Assembly (NCBI GenBank): GCA_017305195.1
Contig: JAFKMU010000049.1
Span: forward strand, 38,638-102,637
Direction of reading: 5' to 3'
Source: Verrucomicrobiota bacterium
GTDB lineage: Bacteria > Verrucomicrobiota > Verrucomicrobiia > Chthoniobacterales > Terrimicrobiaceae
DNA length: 64,000 nt
Part shown: positions 9,896-22,084 of the stretch, one piece after another
How the letters are laid out: every line of letters starts with the position of its first letter
How positions within the stretch are numbered: the first letter of the stretch is position 1
Program-made: the position numbers and the translations under genes
Notes under the pieces: generated by a model
What the model was told of the DNA's origin: nothing
The model's database searches: none
The model's input: the letters and a program-made list of their open reading frames with translations, nothing else

Positions 9896-10013
9896 GAATT
9901 TCAGCGTCTAACGCAACCTGTTTATCATGAATGTGATGAGTGCTGTGAATGACGGTAAAAACGTAATTTCCGTTTGACAGCAGGGCAATGATGGCCCCTT
10001 ATCTTTACCGCGC

Positions 10014-10241
10014 ATGAATCCCCAGAAGACCGAAGGTACCGATCTGGTAAAGAATTCGATCTTGTACAAGGAATTCCTGGCCGAGCGTGAAGAGATCCTG
10101 CGACACAAGTGGATCGAGAGCGAAAAAGCCGGCAAGGATATTGGATTTGAGAGAGCTTTGCTGGATTGGATTGTGAAATACCGCTCTGGATGGCGGAACG
10201 AACGGACGAAAACTCAACCCAACAAGATGTCGGCCAACTGA
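10014..10241 (+). CDS. Small conserved-looking hypothetical protein (75 aa) in the lower-GC leader region upstream of pyrR.
   Basis: Intact ORF with an ATG start in a 400-bp region of reduced GC. The motif KWIESEKAGKDIGFERALLDWI looks like a conserved small-protein family, but I cannot name it. Confidence 0.35.
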   Translation: MNPQKTEGTDLVKNSILYKEFLAEREEILRHKWIESEKAGKDIGFERALLDWIVKYRSGWRNERTKTQPNKMSAN

Positions 10242-10296
10242 CCGTCGGCATCTCGCTTCCTTTAAGGCGGCCCCGAGAGCCCGCCAAGGAGACTTA

Positions 10297-10857
10297 ATGA
10301 GCCAAGAACAACCTGAAACCCTGCTCGTGATGGATGCGGATGCGATCCGCAAGGCCATCCGGCGAATCGCTCACGAGATCGTCGAGCGAAATACTGACCT
10401 CTCCCGGCTGGTCATTGCCGGGATTCCCACCCGCGGGGTGGAGGTCGCCAAGAGAATCCTCGACCACATCGAGCAGATCGAGGGCGTGCGGCCCGAGTTT
10501 GGCGTGGTCGATGTGGCCATGCATCGCGATGATCTGCGGCGACGCGGGAGGCTTACCGCCGTGGTGCCGACGGAACTGCCGGTCGATCTCGACGACCGGG
10601 TGATCGTGCTGGTCGACGATGTGCTCTTTACCGGGCGGAGCTGCCGGGCGGCGCTCGATGCCATCTCTTCCTTTGGACGGCCTGCGCGCGTGCAGTACGC
10701 GGTGCTGGTGGATCGCGGCCATCGCGAGCTGCCGATCCGTGCCGATTATGTTGGCAAGAATGTTCCCACGGCCCTGGAGGAAAAGATCCGGGTTCGTTTC
10801 GAAAACCTCGATTCCGTACCGGACAGCGTGCGGGTCGTTCGCCCGGTAAAGCCATGA
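10297..10857 (+). CDS. pyrR: Bifunctional pyrimidine operon regulator / uracil phosphoribosyltransferase.
   Basis: PRTase-type PRPP-binding motif [14 protein letters not shown] and a PyrR-like N-terminus. Confidence 0.85.
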   Translation: MSQEQPETLLVMDADAIRKAIRRIAHEIVERNTDLSRLVIAGIPTRGVEVAKRILDHIEQIEGVRPEFGVVDVAMHRDDLRRRGRLTAVVPTELPVDLDDRVIVLVDDVLFTGRSCRAALDAISSFGRPARVQYAVLVDRGHRELPIRADYVGKNVPTALEEKIRVRFENLDSVPDSVRVVRPVKP

Positions 10858-11785
10858 GCGGTTGGACTCGTAAGGATTTGCTCGGCCTCGATGAACTCAG
10901 CGCGGAGGAACTCCGCATCATCCTGGATACCGCCAAGGCTTTCAAAGGCGTCGGCGAACGCAGCCTGAAGAAGGTGCCCGCCCTGCGTGGCCACACGATG
11001 GTGAATTTCTTCGTCGAGCCGAGCACGCGCACCCGCACGTCGTTTGAGCTTGCCGCGATGCGCCTCAGCGCCGACGTGGTGAATATCTCCGCCACGGCTT
11101 CCAGCTTGCAAAAGGGCGAGTCGCTCAAGGACACGGCGTTGAACCTCGAGGCCTTGCGCGCCGACATCATCGTGCTGCGCCACAGCTCCGCCGGAGCCTC
11201 CCGGTTTCTCGCTGAACGATTGCAGGCCAGCATCATCAATGCTGGAGATGGAGCCCACGAGCATCCCACGCAGGGACTCCTCGATATCTTCACGATGATT
11301 GAAAAACGCGGCAGCCTGGAGGGCGCTGAGGTGGCGATCATTGGCGACATCCTTTTCAGCCGCGTCGCCCGGTCAAATATTTACGCCCTCAACAAACTTG
11401 GGGCCAAGGTGACGTTGGTCGGCCCGTCCACGCTGGTGCCGAAGGCCTTTGAGAAGCTCGGCGTCAAGGTGGCTCATCGTATTGACGATATCCTGGAGAC
11501 CGCCGACGTGGTGAACCTGCTGCGCATCCAGCACGAGCGCCAGCGCAAGGAGTATTTCCCCGGTATCGGCGAGTACATCAAGCTCTTTGGCCTGACGAAA
11601 GCCCGGGCGGAACGCCTCAAGCCTGGCTGCCTCATCATGCACCCCGGCCCGATCAATCGCGGCGTCGAGATCGACAGCGACGTGGCCGATGGCGACCAGA
11701 GCGTCATCCTCGAGCAGGTGACGAATGGGCTGGCCGTGCGCATGGCCGTGCTTTACCTCTGCGCGGGAGGAGTGGGATTACCTTC

Positions 11786-11789
<4 letters not shown>
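10854..11789 (+). CDS. pyrB: Aspartate carbamoyltransferase catalytic subunit.
   Basis: STRTR carbamoyl-phosphate binding motif and HPxQ (HEHPTQ) and HPGP motifs. Start overlaps the pyrR stop (ATGA). Confidence 0.9.
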
Positions 11790-14208
<2,419 letters not shown>

Positions 14209-14285
14209 AGATGGACGGGGCGCCTTGTGGTTGACCGGAGGTTTTTCCTTGCGGGTTGTAAGGAATCTGGCATTAGCCTTTTTTC

Positions 14286-15461
14286 GTGCGCACCTCCACG
14301 GCATTGCTGGCGTTTTCAGTATTGGGCATCCACGGGCTTCTCAATGCACAAACGGTCATTCCGCTCGTTAACGAAACCGCCAGCGGGCAATTAGGGATCA
14401 ATCTCAGGCTGGGCGATAATTCGCGGTATTTCACCTATATCCTGGATACGGGCTCGGCGGGTTTCTTCACGGCGAAAGGAACGACCTCGGCCTGGGACCA
14501 TACGATTGATTCGGCGACGGGAGATACCTTTTCGGTGAGTTATGGCACGGGATCTCTCGTTTACAGCGGGGTGGTGGCTAATACCAAAATCACCTTTTCC
14601 GATGTGAATGGGGTGGAGCATGCGGTCAATGACGTCAAGATGGGCGTCATAACCAATGAGCCGTATACGGGGTGGAACGCCGATATCAATCACATGACCG
14701 GCGGGGTGGCTGATCCCATTCCACCGGAGAGTCCGATCACCCACCTCTTTTACGGCACCTTGGGCGCGGGGCTCTATCAAACCAAGCCCGACGGTGGTTC
14801 GCTCGTGAGCGTGCTGGCTCAGATGCCCATTGATGCCGGATTGACCAAAGGGTTCATCATTCATACCGGGGGAGCGAGTTCCACCTCGGCGACTCTTACC
14901 GTCGGTCTCAGCGCTGATGAGATGGATTTATTTCCGATCAAGATCCAGATGAATGCCTCGACCGGCACGGTGACGAATGACAACAGTACGACCGCCAAGC
15001 TGTACCCTGAGTCGCAAACGACTGCGAACTACACGATCATCAAGGGTGAGGAAACTTACACTGCGGTGGCCAATCTCCTGCTCGATACCGGAGGACTCGG
15101 AACTCATATCACCACCGGGACAGACATTAATCCGCCCGAGTCGATGGTGAGCGATGGCCGGATCGTCGATGGCGCCAGCTTCGAGACGCAGGTGGACGGT
15201 ATCAGTCTTTCCCAAGCCCTCGATTGGCTGATCAACCCCACCGGAAGCACGGAGTATGTCGACAAGGTGGGAGTGGTTTCAGGAAATAGCGATGGAAGCC
15301 TGAACTCAGGCATCGCGCTGTTTTACAACTACGATGTCTATTTCGACACCGAGAACGGGATCATCGGGCTGCGGGCGGTTCCCGAGCCGGGCATGGGCTG
15401 GCTGCTTGGTTTCGGCGGACTTGCGCTGTGGGGTTTCCGCCGCAGGCTGCGGGTTCGTTAG
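14286..15461 (+). CDS. Secreted PEP-CTERM-anchored protein with two pepsin-type (A1 aspartic protease) active-site-like motifs.
   Basis: Signal peptide. Motifs YILDTGSAGFF (around aa 50) and LLLDTGGLGT (around aa 265) are spaced roughly 210 aa apart. C-terminal VPEPGMGWLLGFGGLALWGFRRR is a PEP-CTERM sorting signal. Confidence 0.55.
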   Translation: MRTSTALLAFSVLGIHGLLNAQTVIPLVNETASGQLGINLRLGDNSRYFTYILDTGSAGFFTAKGTTSAWDHTIDSATGDTFSVSYGTGSLVYSGVVANTKITFSDVNGVEHAVNDVKMGVITNEPYTGWNADINHMTGGVADPIPPESPITHLFYGTLGAGLYQTKPDGGSLVSVLAQMPIDAGLTKGFIIHTGGASSTSATLTVGLSADEMDLFPIKIQMNASTGTVTNDNSTTAKLYPESQTTANYTIIKGEETYTAVANLLLDTGGLGTHITTGTDINPPESMVSDGRIVDGASFETQVDGISLSQALDWLINPTGSTEYVDKVGVVSGNSDGSLNSGIALFYNYDVYFDTENGIIGLRAVPEPGMGWLLGFGGLALWGFRRRLRVR

Positions 15462-16099
15462 CTCAGGGTCGGCAGGTCGCGCAGGAAGATGCGCGCGAGG
15501 ATGTCCCCGATCTCGCGGACGGAAAAGCTGCGCCTCGCTTCCTTTTCGATGCAGGTCATTCGCACTCCGGCGATGCCGCAAGGCGTGATGTGATCAAAGG
15601 CCGCAAGGGATTCCAGCGTGACGTTCAAGGCGAGTCCGTGCATGGAGATCCATTTGCGGACGCCGACTCCGAGAGAGGCGATCTTGCGATCCTCCACCCA
15701 GACGCCGGTGAGGCCATCACGGCGGCCCGCGGTGAAGCCGCATTCCGCGCAGGTGAGGATGATGACTTCCTCCAGGAACCTCAGGTAGAGATGGAGGTCT
15801 CGTCCGCGCTCCGCAAGGCGGAGGATGGGGTAGCCGACCAACTGGCCTGGGCCATGCCATGTTGCCTGGCCGCCGCGATTGATTTCAAAAACCGGGTGGG
15901 GGAGCGAGGTGGGCTGCCGGAGGCTGGATTGGTCGCGGGTGCGACCGATGGTGTACACGGGTTCGTGCTCCAGGAGGAGGAGCTTTTCGGGGTCTCCTTC
16001 GAGACACCGGTCGACGATCTGGTTTTGCAGATCCAGAGCGGCGGCGTATTCGAGACGGCCCAGCCATTCGACTTCGGGAGAGGAAAGAGAGGTGCTCAT
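15458..16099 (-). CDS. lipB: Octanoyltransferase (lipoyl(octanoyl) transferase).
   Basis: BPL/LPL catalytic domain motifs (RGGQATWHGPGQLVGYPI, K in the VRKWISMHGLALNV region). Confidence 0.85.
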   Translation of the reverse strand: MSTSLSSPEVEWLGRLEYAAALDLQNQIVDRCLEGDPEKLLLLEHEPVYTIGRTRDQSSLRQPTSLPHPVFEINRGGQATWHGPGQLVGYPILRLAERGRDLHLYLRFLEEVIILTCAECGFTAGRRDGLTGVWVEDRKIASLGVGVRKWISMHGLALNVTLESLAAFDHITPCGIAGVRMTCIEKEARRSFSVREIGDILARIFLRDLPTLS

Positions 16100-16611
16100 C
16101 AGATCGTTTCCAGGGGGACCTTTTTGAGTTTTGCCGCGTCCACGGCATGAAAATGGGCGAGACCGATCGCGATGGCGTCCGCGGCATCAGCCTGCGGCGT
16201 CTGGGTGAGGCCGAGGAGAACGCGCACCATGAACGCGACCTGCTGTTTGTCCGCGCCGCCTCGACCGACCACGGCCTGCTTGACCCTGCGCGGTGCATAT
16301 TCATGGATGCTCAGGCCGCTTTCAGCCGCAGCCAGGATCGCCGCCGCACGCGCTGCTCCCAGAGTAATGGCTGTCTGATAGCTCTGCACAAAGATGATGC
16401 CCTCGACTGCCATCGCCTCGGCGGCGTGTTTCTTGATCAGCCCGGAGACTGCCTCGCGAATCGCCAGCAGGCAGCCAGACGGGGCTACGCGCGGCTTGTT
16501 CTGGATGGTGCCATGCTCAGGGCAGCTGATCTTTTTTCCTTCACGCACGAGCACGGCAAACCCGGTGCATCTCAGCGCGGGATCGATGGCGACTATTCTC
16601 TCAGCGGACAT
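16099..16611 (-). CDS. ruvC: Crossover junction endodeoxyribonuclease RuvC. The true start is the internal Met MSAERIVAIDP; the track ORF is 5'-extended to 16698.
   Basis: RuvC catalytic residues and architecture (IVAIDPALRCTGFAV, ...EAMAVEGIIF..., ...ADAADAIAIGLAH). Confidence 0.85.
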   Translation of the reverse strand: MSAERIVAIDPALRCTGFAVLVREGKKISCPEHGTIQNKPRVAPSGCLLAIREAVSGLIKKHAAEAMAVEGIIFVQSYQTAITLGAARAAAILAAAESGLSIHEYAPRRVKQAVVGRGGADKQQVAFMVRVLLGLTQTPQADAADAIAIGLAHFHAVDAAKLKKVPLETI

Positions 16612-17548
16612 CTTGCAGAATTTCGTCCACCCTACGACGAACAGCCGCCACGTCCAGTGCCGAAAGGTCTCCGCCGGGGGCGGTGATGACGGAAACATGA
16701 TCGTTGGCGGGCGCCCAGATCTGCGGGTCGGTCGGGCCGAACATCAGCAGGCAGTTTGCGCCTGCCGCCGCCGCCAGGTGAGAAATCCCGGAGTCATGTC
16801 CGACAAACAGGGAGCTCCGGCCAAGGACCGCGCCCAGGACAGGCAGCGAAATGCCCTCAAGAAACGTCATTCCCTCGGAGGGAAGTGAGCTGCGCAAGGC
16901 TGCAAGACGCGGCGTATCGGACTCCCCTCCGACTACGAGAATCTTGTCCCAGCGTCCCGTACGATGCTCGGCGGCGAGAAACTCCTGCCAGGCAGGAAGC
17001 GGCCAGTTCTTGCGCTCTCCGCCGCTGCCGGGATGGACTGCGAGCACTCGGGAATCCTGCTGGCTCTCCACCCACTGTTTTGCGATCGCGAGATCCTCCG
17101 GCGATGGGAAAAATTCTGCGGCTGGGTCCTCAAGCCAGAGAGCCATTTGCTGGAGGGGCTGTGCCAGCTGGCGGGCGGCGTGATCGGCGTCTCCGATCTT
17201 GGGAGAGACGGAGATCAGGTTTTTCACCCCGGCCTTGCGCAGGCTCGTTTCGAAGAGCTGGTCGGGGTCGTAGATGTAGCTGATGACCTGGTGAAACCCG
17301 GCAAAGTATTCCGAGAGATCGGAGTCGAGGTCGGACTTTGGATTAAAGAATCCCGCCAGCGGGCCGTACTCGATGGAACGGGTTGCGTCGGCGTAGTAGC
17401 GCTGTTCGGCCAGCGAGGCGATATGCCGGTAGCCGAGGATTTCGATATGGGCCTCGGGGAAACTTTCCCTGAGAAGGCCGATGGCGGGAAGGGTGAGGAT
17501 GAAATCCCCGATGGCCCCTCCGCGAATGACAAGGATGCGGCCTGCCAT
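16601..17548 (-). CDS. Glycosyltransferase family 9 (ADP-heptose:LPS heptosyltransferase-like).
   Basis: N-terminal ILVIRGGAIGDFILTLPAI and a C-terminal HDSGISHLAAAAG motif typical of GT9 (RfaF/WaaC-like). Confidence 0.8.
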   Translation of the reverse strand: MAGRILVIRGGAIGDFILTLPAIGLLRESFPEAHIEILGYRHIASLAEQRYYADATRSIEYGPLAGFFNPKSDLDSDLSEYFAGFHQVISYIYDPDQLFETSLRKAGVKNLISVSPKIGDADHAARQLAQPLQQMALWLEDPAAEFFPSPEDLAIAKQWVESQQDSRVLAVHPGSGGERKNWPLPAWQEFLAAEHRTGRWDKILVVGGESDTPRLAALRSSLPSEGMTFLEGISLPVLGAVLGRSSLFVGHDSGISHLAAAAGANCLLMFGPTDPQIWAPANDHVSVITAPGGDLSALDVAAVRRRVDEILQDVR

Positions 17549-17560
17549 GAGGCCGACAGC

Positions 17561-17749
17561 CTAGTGGTTAAACTGCTGCATCTGGGAGCCGAGGGCGCCG
17601 CCTCCCTCCCAACTCTGGGGCTTGTTCCAGGGAACCGTGCCGCCAGCCTCCTGGGCCGTGCGGTCTTCGTCGCTCATCGGGGCGCACCCCGTGACGACCG
17701 CCGCGAAGGCGACGGCGCAGAGAAGGGCGAAGATTCGACGCTGCAGCAT
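17561..17749 (-). CDS. Small putative lipoprotein (62 aa).
   Basis: Signal peptide with a VTGC lipobox. It lies between the coiled-coil gene and the GT9 gene, on the same strand. Confidence 0.35.
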   Translation of the reverse strand: MLQRRIFALLCAVAFAAVVTGCAPMSDEDRTAQEAGGTVPWNKPQSWEGGGALGSQMQQFNH

Positions 17750-17770
17750 GGGCGATGCGTAAAGAGTCCT

Positions 17771-18556
17771 TTATTCGGCAGTCGCCTGATAGATCACCCG
17801 ATCACCGGGATTGATCACGACGCCCTGAGGGACGCTGTTCGAGACGATGTCGGCGATGGAGGTCGAGGGCTCGACCGAGGTCACACGGACCTTGCCGATC
17901 AGCTGACGACCGCGCTTGATGAGCAGCTCGGCATTGTTCACGACGCCATTCTTGTCACCGAGGCTGAGAACCACGAAGTTCCAAGCGGGATTGACGGCGA
18001 GGATCTTGCCTTCCGTACCGGGGCGCATGAGGCCCATCTTGCGATCTTCGTCAGCCTGACGGTACTTGCTTAGCTCGGCGGTCTGGTTATCCAGCTTCTG
18101 CTGGAGCTGGGCGATGAGCGTCTCCTGTTCCTTCTGGACAGCGATCTGATCCGCAGTCGGGCCCGTCTGAGTCGGGGTTACCTGAGCGGCCTTGAGATTG
18201 TCGATTTCCTGCTGCTTGGCCTGGACGTCCGCCTGAAGCTGGGCGACCTGGCTCTCGGCGGCGGTCTTCTGGGTCGTCACACTGGTGACGTCGGTGCGAG
18301 CCTTTTCGACATCGCTCTGGAGCGATGCGACCTGGCTTGCGGCCTGATCCCGTTCGGCCTTGGCCGTGGTGAGACTCGTATTGGCTTCCGCCAGTTTCTT
18401 CTCGATGGCGGCTTGCGCCTGCTGCGCCTGAGAAATCTTCGACTCACTCGTGGTGAGAGATTCTCGAGCGGCGTCGAGTTTGGTTTTGTTCAGGAATCCG
18501 AGGACTCCGGAAGCGACTACGAACACGAAGGAGGCGAACAGCAGGATTTTTCCCAT
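17771..18556 (-). CDS. N-terminally anchored coiled-coil protein with a C-terminal beta-rich domain, function unknown.
   Basis: N-terminal TM helix, about 150 aa of Q/A/E-rich heptad-like sequence, then the GKILAVNPAWNFVVLSLGDKNGV...GKVRVTSVEP domain. Confidence 0.5.
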   Translation of the reverse strand: MGKILLFASFVFVVASGVLGFLNKTKLDAARESLTTSESKISQAQQAQAAIEKKLAEANTSLTTAKAERDQAASQVASLQSDVEKARTDVTSVTTQKTAAESQVAQLQADVQAKQQEIDNLKAAQVTPTQTGPTADQIAVQKEQETLIAQLQQKLDNQTAELSKYRQADEDRKMGLMRPGTEGKILAVNPAWNFVVLSLGDKNGVVNNAELLIKRGRQLIGKVRVTSVEPSTSIADIVSNSVPQGVVINPGDRVIYQATAE

Positions 18557-18848
18557 AGTTAACTGGAGGCGATTTTGGCAGCAGGGTTCTTGCTAGCAGG
18601 GGTTAGCCCGATGAGCAAGAGGCAATTACTTTGGCAAATCTTTGAGTTTGCGTCCAGTTCTTTAATCAGTAGGTTGTCCATCGCCAGAGACTATGGACTG
18701 CGGACGGAAGAACCCCGCCAGGGCAGGAATGCAGCAACGGTATTTTGCTCCTCTTTGCCGTAGTTCTCTGGCACTTTTCTTTTCCTGGCCCGGTGCCCGG
18801 CCCTCGGCGGCTTGACCTCTCCCTGCCGGATAATTACTCTGAAGCTCA

Positions 18849-19331
18849 ATGGATTGTGAAACTCTAGAACGCGTGCGTGGAAGCCTGATGGATTTTTTGG
18901 GCACCAAGGGATTGCGTCGCACGATCCAGCGGGAAGCCATCATTTCAGCGGCGTTTTCCACCAAGGATCATTTTTCCGCGGAGGAGCTTTTGGAAAAAGC
19001 GCGCCAGATCGAAAAATCCGTCTCCCGCGCCACCGTTTACCGCACTTTGCCGCTGCTGGTGGAGAGCGGGTTCCTCCGCGAGCTCGATCTCGGCGGGGAT
19101 GTGACGGTGTATGATCCGAATTTCGTCGAACATCCGACCCACAACCATCTGATCTGCGTGGACTGCAACAAGATCATCGAGTTCGAGGATACCAACATGG
19201 AATTGCTGGAAAATTGCATCACGCGCCGCCTCGGGTTCTCTCCCGCGTCGAAGGCGGTGAAGATCGAGGGTCACTGCGACGAACTCAAGATTCACGGTTC
19301 GTGCCGCCATCAGAAGGACAAGGACTCCTAA
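18849..19331 (+). CDS. fur: Fur-family metal-responsive transcriptional regulator (Fur/Zur/PerR type).
   Basis: Winged-helix (RATVYRTL) and metal site (HxH NHLIC, CxxC, HCDELKIHGSC). Confidence 0.85.
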   Translation: MDCETLERVRGSLMDFLGTKGLRRTIQREAIISAAFSTKDHFSAEELLEKARQIEKSVSRATVYRTLPLLVESGFLRELDLGGDVTVYDPNFVEHPTHNHLICVDCNKIIEFEDTNMELLENCITRRLGFSPASKAVKIEGHCDELKIHGSCRHQKDKDS

Positions 19332-19343
19332 TCATTTTCAGCC

Positions 19344-20711
19344 ATGTGGAAAGGCCGCTTCAAGCAGGCTCAGTCGAGTCTGCTCAAATCCTACGGGGAA
19401 TCTGTATCGTTCGACGCCCGACTGTATCGTCATGATATCCGGGGGAGTATTGCCCACGCCCGGGCCTTGACCGCTGCGGGCATCCTGACTCCGGAGGAGT
19501 TTGCCGCCATCGAGTCGGGCCTGCGCCAGATCGAGGTGGAAATCTCCAGTGGCGAGTTCGTTTTCGACATTGACCTCGAGGACGTGCACATGAACATCGA
19601 GGCCGAGCTGACGAAGCGCATCGGAGCGGCCGGGGCCAAGCTCCACACCGCCCGCAGCCGCAATGACCAGGTGGCGCTCGACCTGCGCCTCTATCTGCGC
19701 GACGAAATCGAGGGAATCCGGGAGCTGGTGCGCGATTTTCAGCGGGCCCTCGTCGGGCTTGCCGCCCGCCACGAGGACGCCGTCATGCCGGGGTACACTC
19801 ATCTGCAGCGCGCCCAGCCCGTGCTCGTCGGCCATCATCTGCTGGCCTATGTCGAGATGGCGGAGCGCGATCATGGCAGGCTGGGGGATGTATTGACCCG
19901 TCTCGACCAGATGCCGCTCGGGTCGGGCGCGATTGCCGGGTCGACCATCATTCTCGATCGCGAGGCGGTTGCGAGGGAACTCGGCTTTTCCGGGGTGACG
20001 CAGAACAGCATGGATGCGGTTTCCGATCGCGACTACGCGCTGGAGTTGCTTTCCGCCCTGGCCATCCTCGGGATGCACCTTTCGCGACTCAGCGAGGACG
20101 TGATCCTCTGGGCCTCGGCGGAGTTTGGATTTATCGAACTGAGCGACCGTCACACGACCGGTTCCAGCCTGATGCCGCAGAAGAAGAATCCCGACATTGC
20201 GGAACTGACCCGCGGCAAGACGGGACGCCTTTACGGCAATCTCATCTCGCTTCTCACCACGATGAAGGGTCTGCCGCTGACGTACAATCGCGACATGCAG
20301 GAGGACAAGGAGGCGATCTTTGATTCCGTCGATACCGCCAAGGCTGCCCTGGCGATCTTTGCCGAGATGATGGAAGCCGCGAGCTTCCGGACCACGGTGA
20401 CGGCAGAGGCAACGAAAGACCCGAATCTCCTCGCCACCGACCTTGCCGACCGCCTTGTGCTGGGCGGCGTGCCTTTCCGTCAGGCTCACGAGATCGTAGG
20501 GAAACTGGTGGCCCTCGCTGCCGAGCGGGGCGTTGGGCTGCATAAATTGCCCGAGGCGGATTACCTTGCCGCCAGCTCCGTGCTGACCTCGCAGGTGATC
20601 GCAGAAACATTCAGCGTGCAAACCGGCCTCACGGCTCGCAAGGCGCCAGGCGCTCCATCGCCGGAGAATCTCTCCCGCCGTCTGGCTCACTGGAAGGCCG
20701 TGCTGGCCTAG
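19344..20711 (+). CDS. argH: Argininosuccinate lyase.
   Basis: Fumarate-lyase signature GSSLMPQKKNPD and overall ArgH organisation. Confidence 0.9.
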   Translation: MWKGRFKQAQSSLLKSYGESVSFDARLYRHDIRGSIAHARALTAAGILTPEEFAAIESGLRQIEVEISSGEFVFDIDLEDVHMNIEAELTKRIGAAGAKLHTARSRNDQVALDLRLYLRDEIEGIRELVRDFQRALVGLAARHEDAVMPGYTHLQRAQPVLVGHHLLAYVEMAERDHGRLGDVLTRLDQMPLGSGAIAGSTIILDREAVARELGFSGVTQNSMDAVSDRDYALELLSALAILGMHLSRLSEDVILWASAEFGFIELSDRHTTGSSLMPQKKNPDIAELTRGKTGRLYGNLISLLTTMKGLPLTYNRDMQEDKEAIFDSVDTAKAALAIFAEMMEAASFRTTVTAEATKDPNLLATDLADRLVLGGVPFRQAHEIVGKLVALAAERGVGLHKLPEADYLAASSVLTSQVIAETFSVQTGLTARKAPGAPSPENLSRRLAHWKAVLA

Positions 20712-20716
20712 GAACG

Positions 20717-21283
20717 ATGTCGGATTCCGGCTGGAAGACCCTCAAACGGGAGCGCATCTGCCTGTCCCCGTATGTGCCGGTCTGGCAGGAGAGCGTCGCT
20801 ACGCCTACCCGGCCGGACGGGGTCGAGTGGACGGTGGCACGTCGCCCGACCGCTGCCGTCGTCGCGCCGCGCACTCCCGAGGGACGCTACATTTTGATCC
20901 GGCAGGAACGGATTCCCATCCGGCGAGCCATGTGGGAGTTTCCCGCCGGGCAGGTGGAGGGAGAGATCACCGAGCAATCGATCCGCGACACGGCTTTCCG
21001 GGAATTAATTGAAGAAACCGGCCTGCATTGCACGGGGGTGCTTATCCCGCTGGACTTTTTTTACTCCTCGGCGGGATTCACCGATGAGCGCGGTTTTCTC
21101 TTTCTCGCCACCGACGTCATCCCGCATGAAAAGGGAGCGTCGCCGGACGAACTCGAAGCGATCCTTGAGGTCCGGGCGTTTTCGGCGGAAGAGTTGAAGC
21201 ACATGGTGGCGACTGGAGAGATTTTCGACGCGAATACCCTGTCTGTCTTCGCCCGGCTGACGGCTCGAGGCCTTCTCGTATGA
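20717..21283 (+). CDS. Nudix hydrolase (ADP-ribose pyrophosphatase-like).
   Basis: Nudix box GQVEGEITEQSIRDTAFRELIEETG. Confidence 0.8.
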   Translation: MSDSGWKTLKRERICLSPYVPVWQESVATPTRPDGVEWTVARRPTAAVVAPRTPEGRYILIRQERIPIRRAMWEFPAGQVEGEITEQSIRDTAFRELIEETGLHCTGVLIPLDFFYSSAGFTDERGFLFLATDVIPHEKGASPDELEAILEVRAFSAEELKHMVATGEIFDANTLSVFARLTARGLLV

Positions 21284-22074
21284 ACTGGCGCAAGTTTTTC
21301 GACTTTCGCGAGATCAACGACGAGCCCAAGCCGTTCCTCGAGCATCTGGAGGATCTGCGTCGGATGCTCATCAAAATGATCGTCGTCCTCGTCCTGATGA
21401 TGGGCGGCTCGTTTGCTTTCCAGCAGCAGCTGATCGCGATCATCATGCACCCGCTCCTTTCGGTGGACGCCACCCGGTCGCTGGTCAATCTTGGCGTCAG
21501 CGATCCGCTCTCCATCGCCCTCGAACTTTCCTTTTACGCGGGGCTTATCCTTTCCTTTCCGTTTCTCGTACTCTTCCTGGCTGAGTTCATCGTTCCGGCC
21601 CTCACCTCGACCGAGCGGCGCATGCTGTATCCCGCGGCGGGGGCGGCCCTGGGGCTCTTCCTGGCCGGGGTCGCGTTTGCCTACTGGGCGGTATTGCCTC
21701 CGACCCTGAACTACTTCTTCAACTACTCCAAGGATCTGCACTGGCAGCCGCAATGGAGCGTGCGGGAGTATTTTTCCTTTGTGTCGCAGTTCGTGATTTC
21801 CTTCGGCCTCGCCTTTGAGCTGCCGCTGGCCGTGCTGCTGCTGGTGAAGCTCGGCATCCTCGACTACCGCATCCTGAATCGCACCCGGGCCTTTGCGGTC
21901 ATCGTTATTTTCTTCTTCGCCGCCGTCATTACGCCCACGTCGGATATTTTCACCCTTATCCTCATGGGCGGGCCGATGTACCTGCTCTATGAGGGCTGCA
22001 TCTGGATCGCGTGGTATCTCGATCGTCGCGAGCGGCGTCGGTGGGCGAAGCGCATCACGCTGGAGGGGGAATAG
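21280..22074 (+). CDS. tatC: Twin-arginine translocase subunit TatC.
   Basis: PFLEHLEDLRRMLIK N-terminal motif and six TM helices. Overlaps the Nudix stop. Confidence 0.85.
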   Translation: MNWRKFFDFREINDEPKPFLEHLEDLRRMLIKMIVVLVLMMGGSFAFQQQLIAIIMHPLLSVDATRSLVNLGVSDPLSIALELSFYAGLILSFPFLVLFLAEFIVPALTSTERRMLYPAAGAALGLFLAGVAFAYWAVLPPTLNYFFNYSKDLHWQPQWSVREYFSFVSQFVISFGLAFELPLAVLLLVKLGILDYRILNRTRAFAVIVIFFFAAVITPTSDIFTLILMGGPMYLLYEGCIWIAWYLDRRERRRWAKRITLEGE

Positions 22075-22084
22075 CCGGGGCGAT

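Noticed and set aside
10334-10603. Short ORFs overlapping pyrR in other frames, and many other 60-100-aa ORFs across the window.
   Set aside because: They are nested inside well-supported genes in alternative frames, which is expected by chance at this GC content.
19338-20690. 450-aa minus-strand ORF.
   Set aside because: It is antisense to argH, whose fumarate-lyase signature is present on the + strand.
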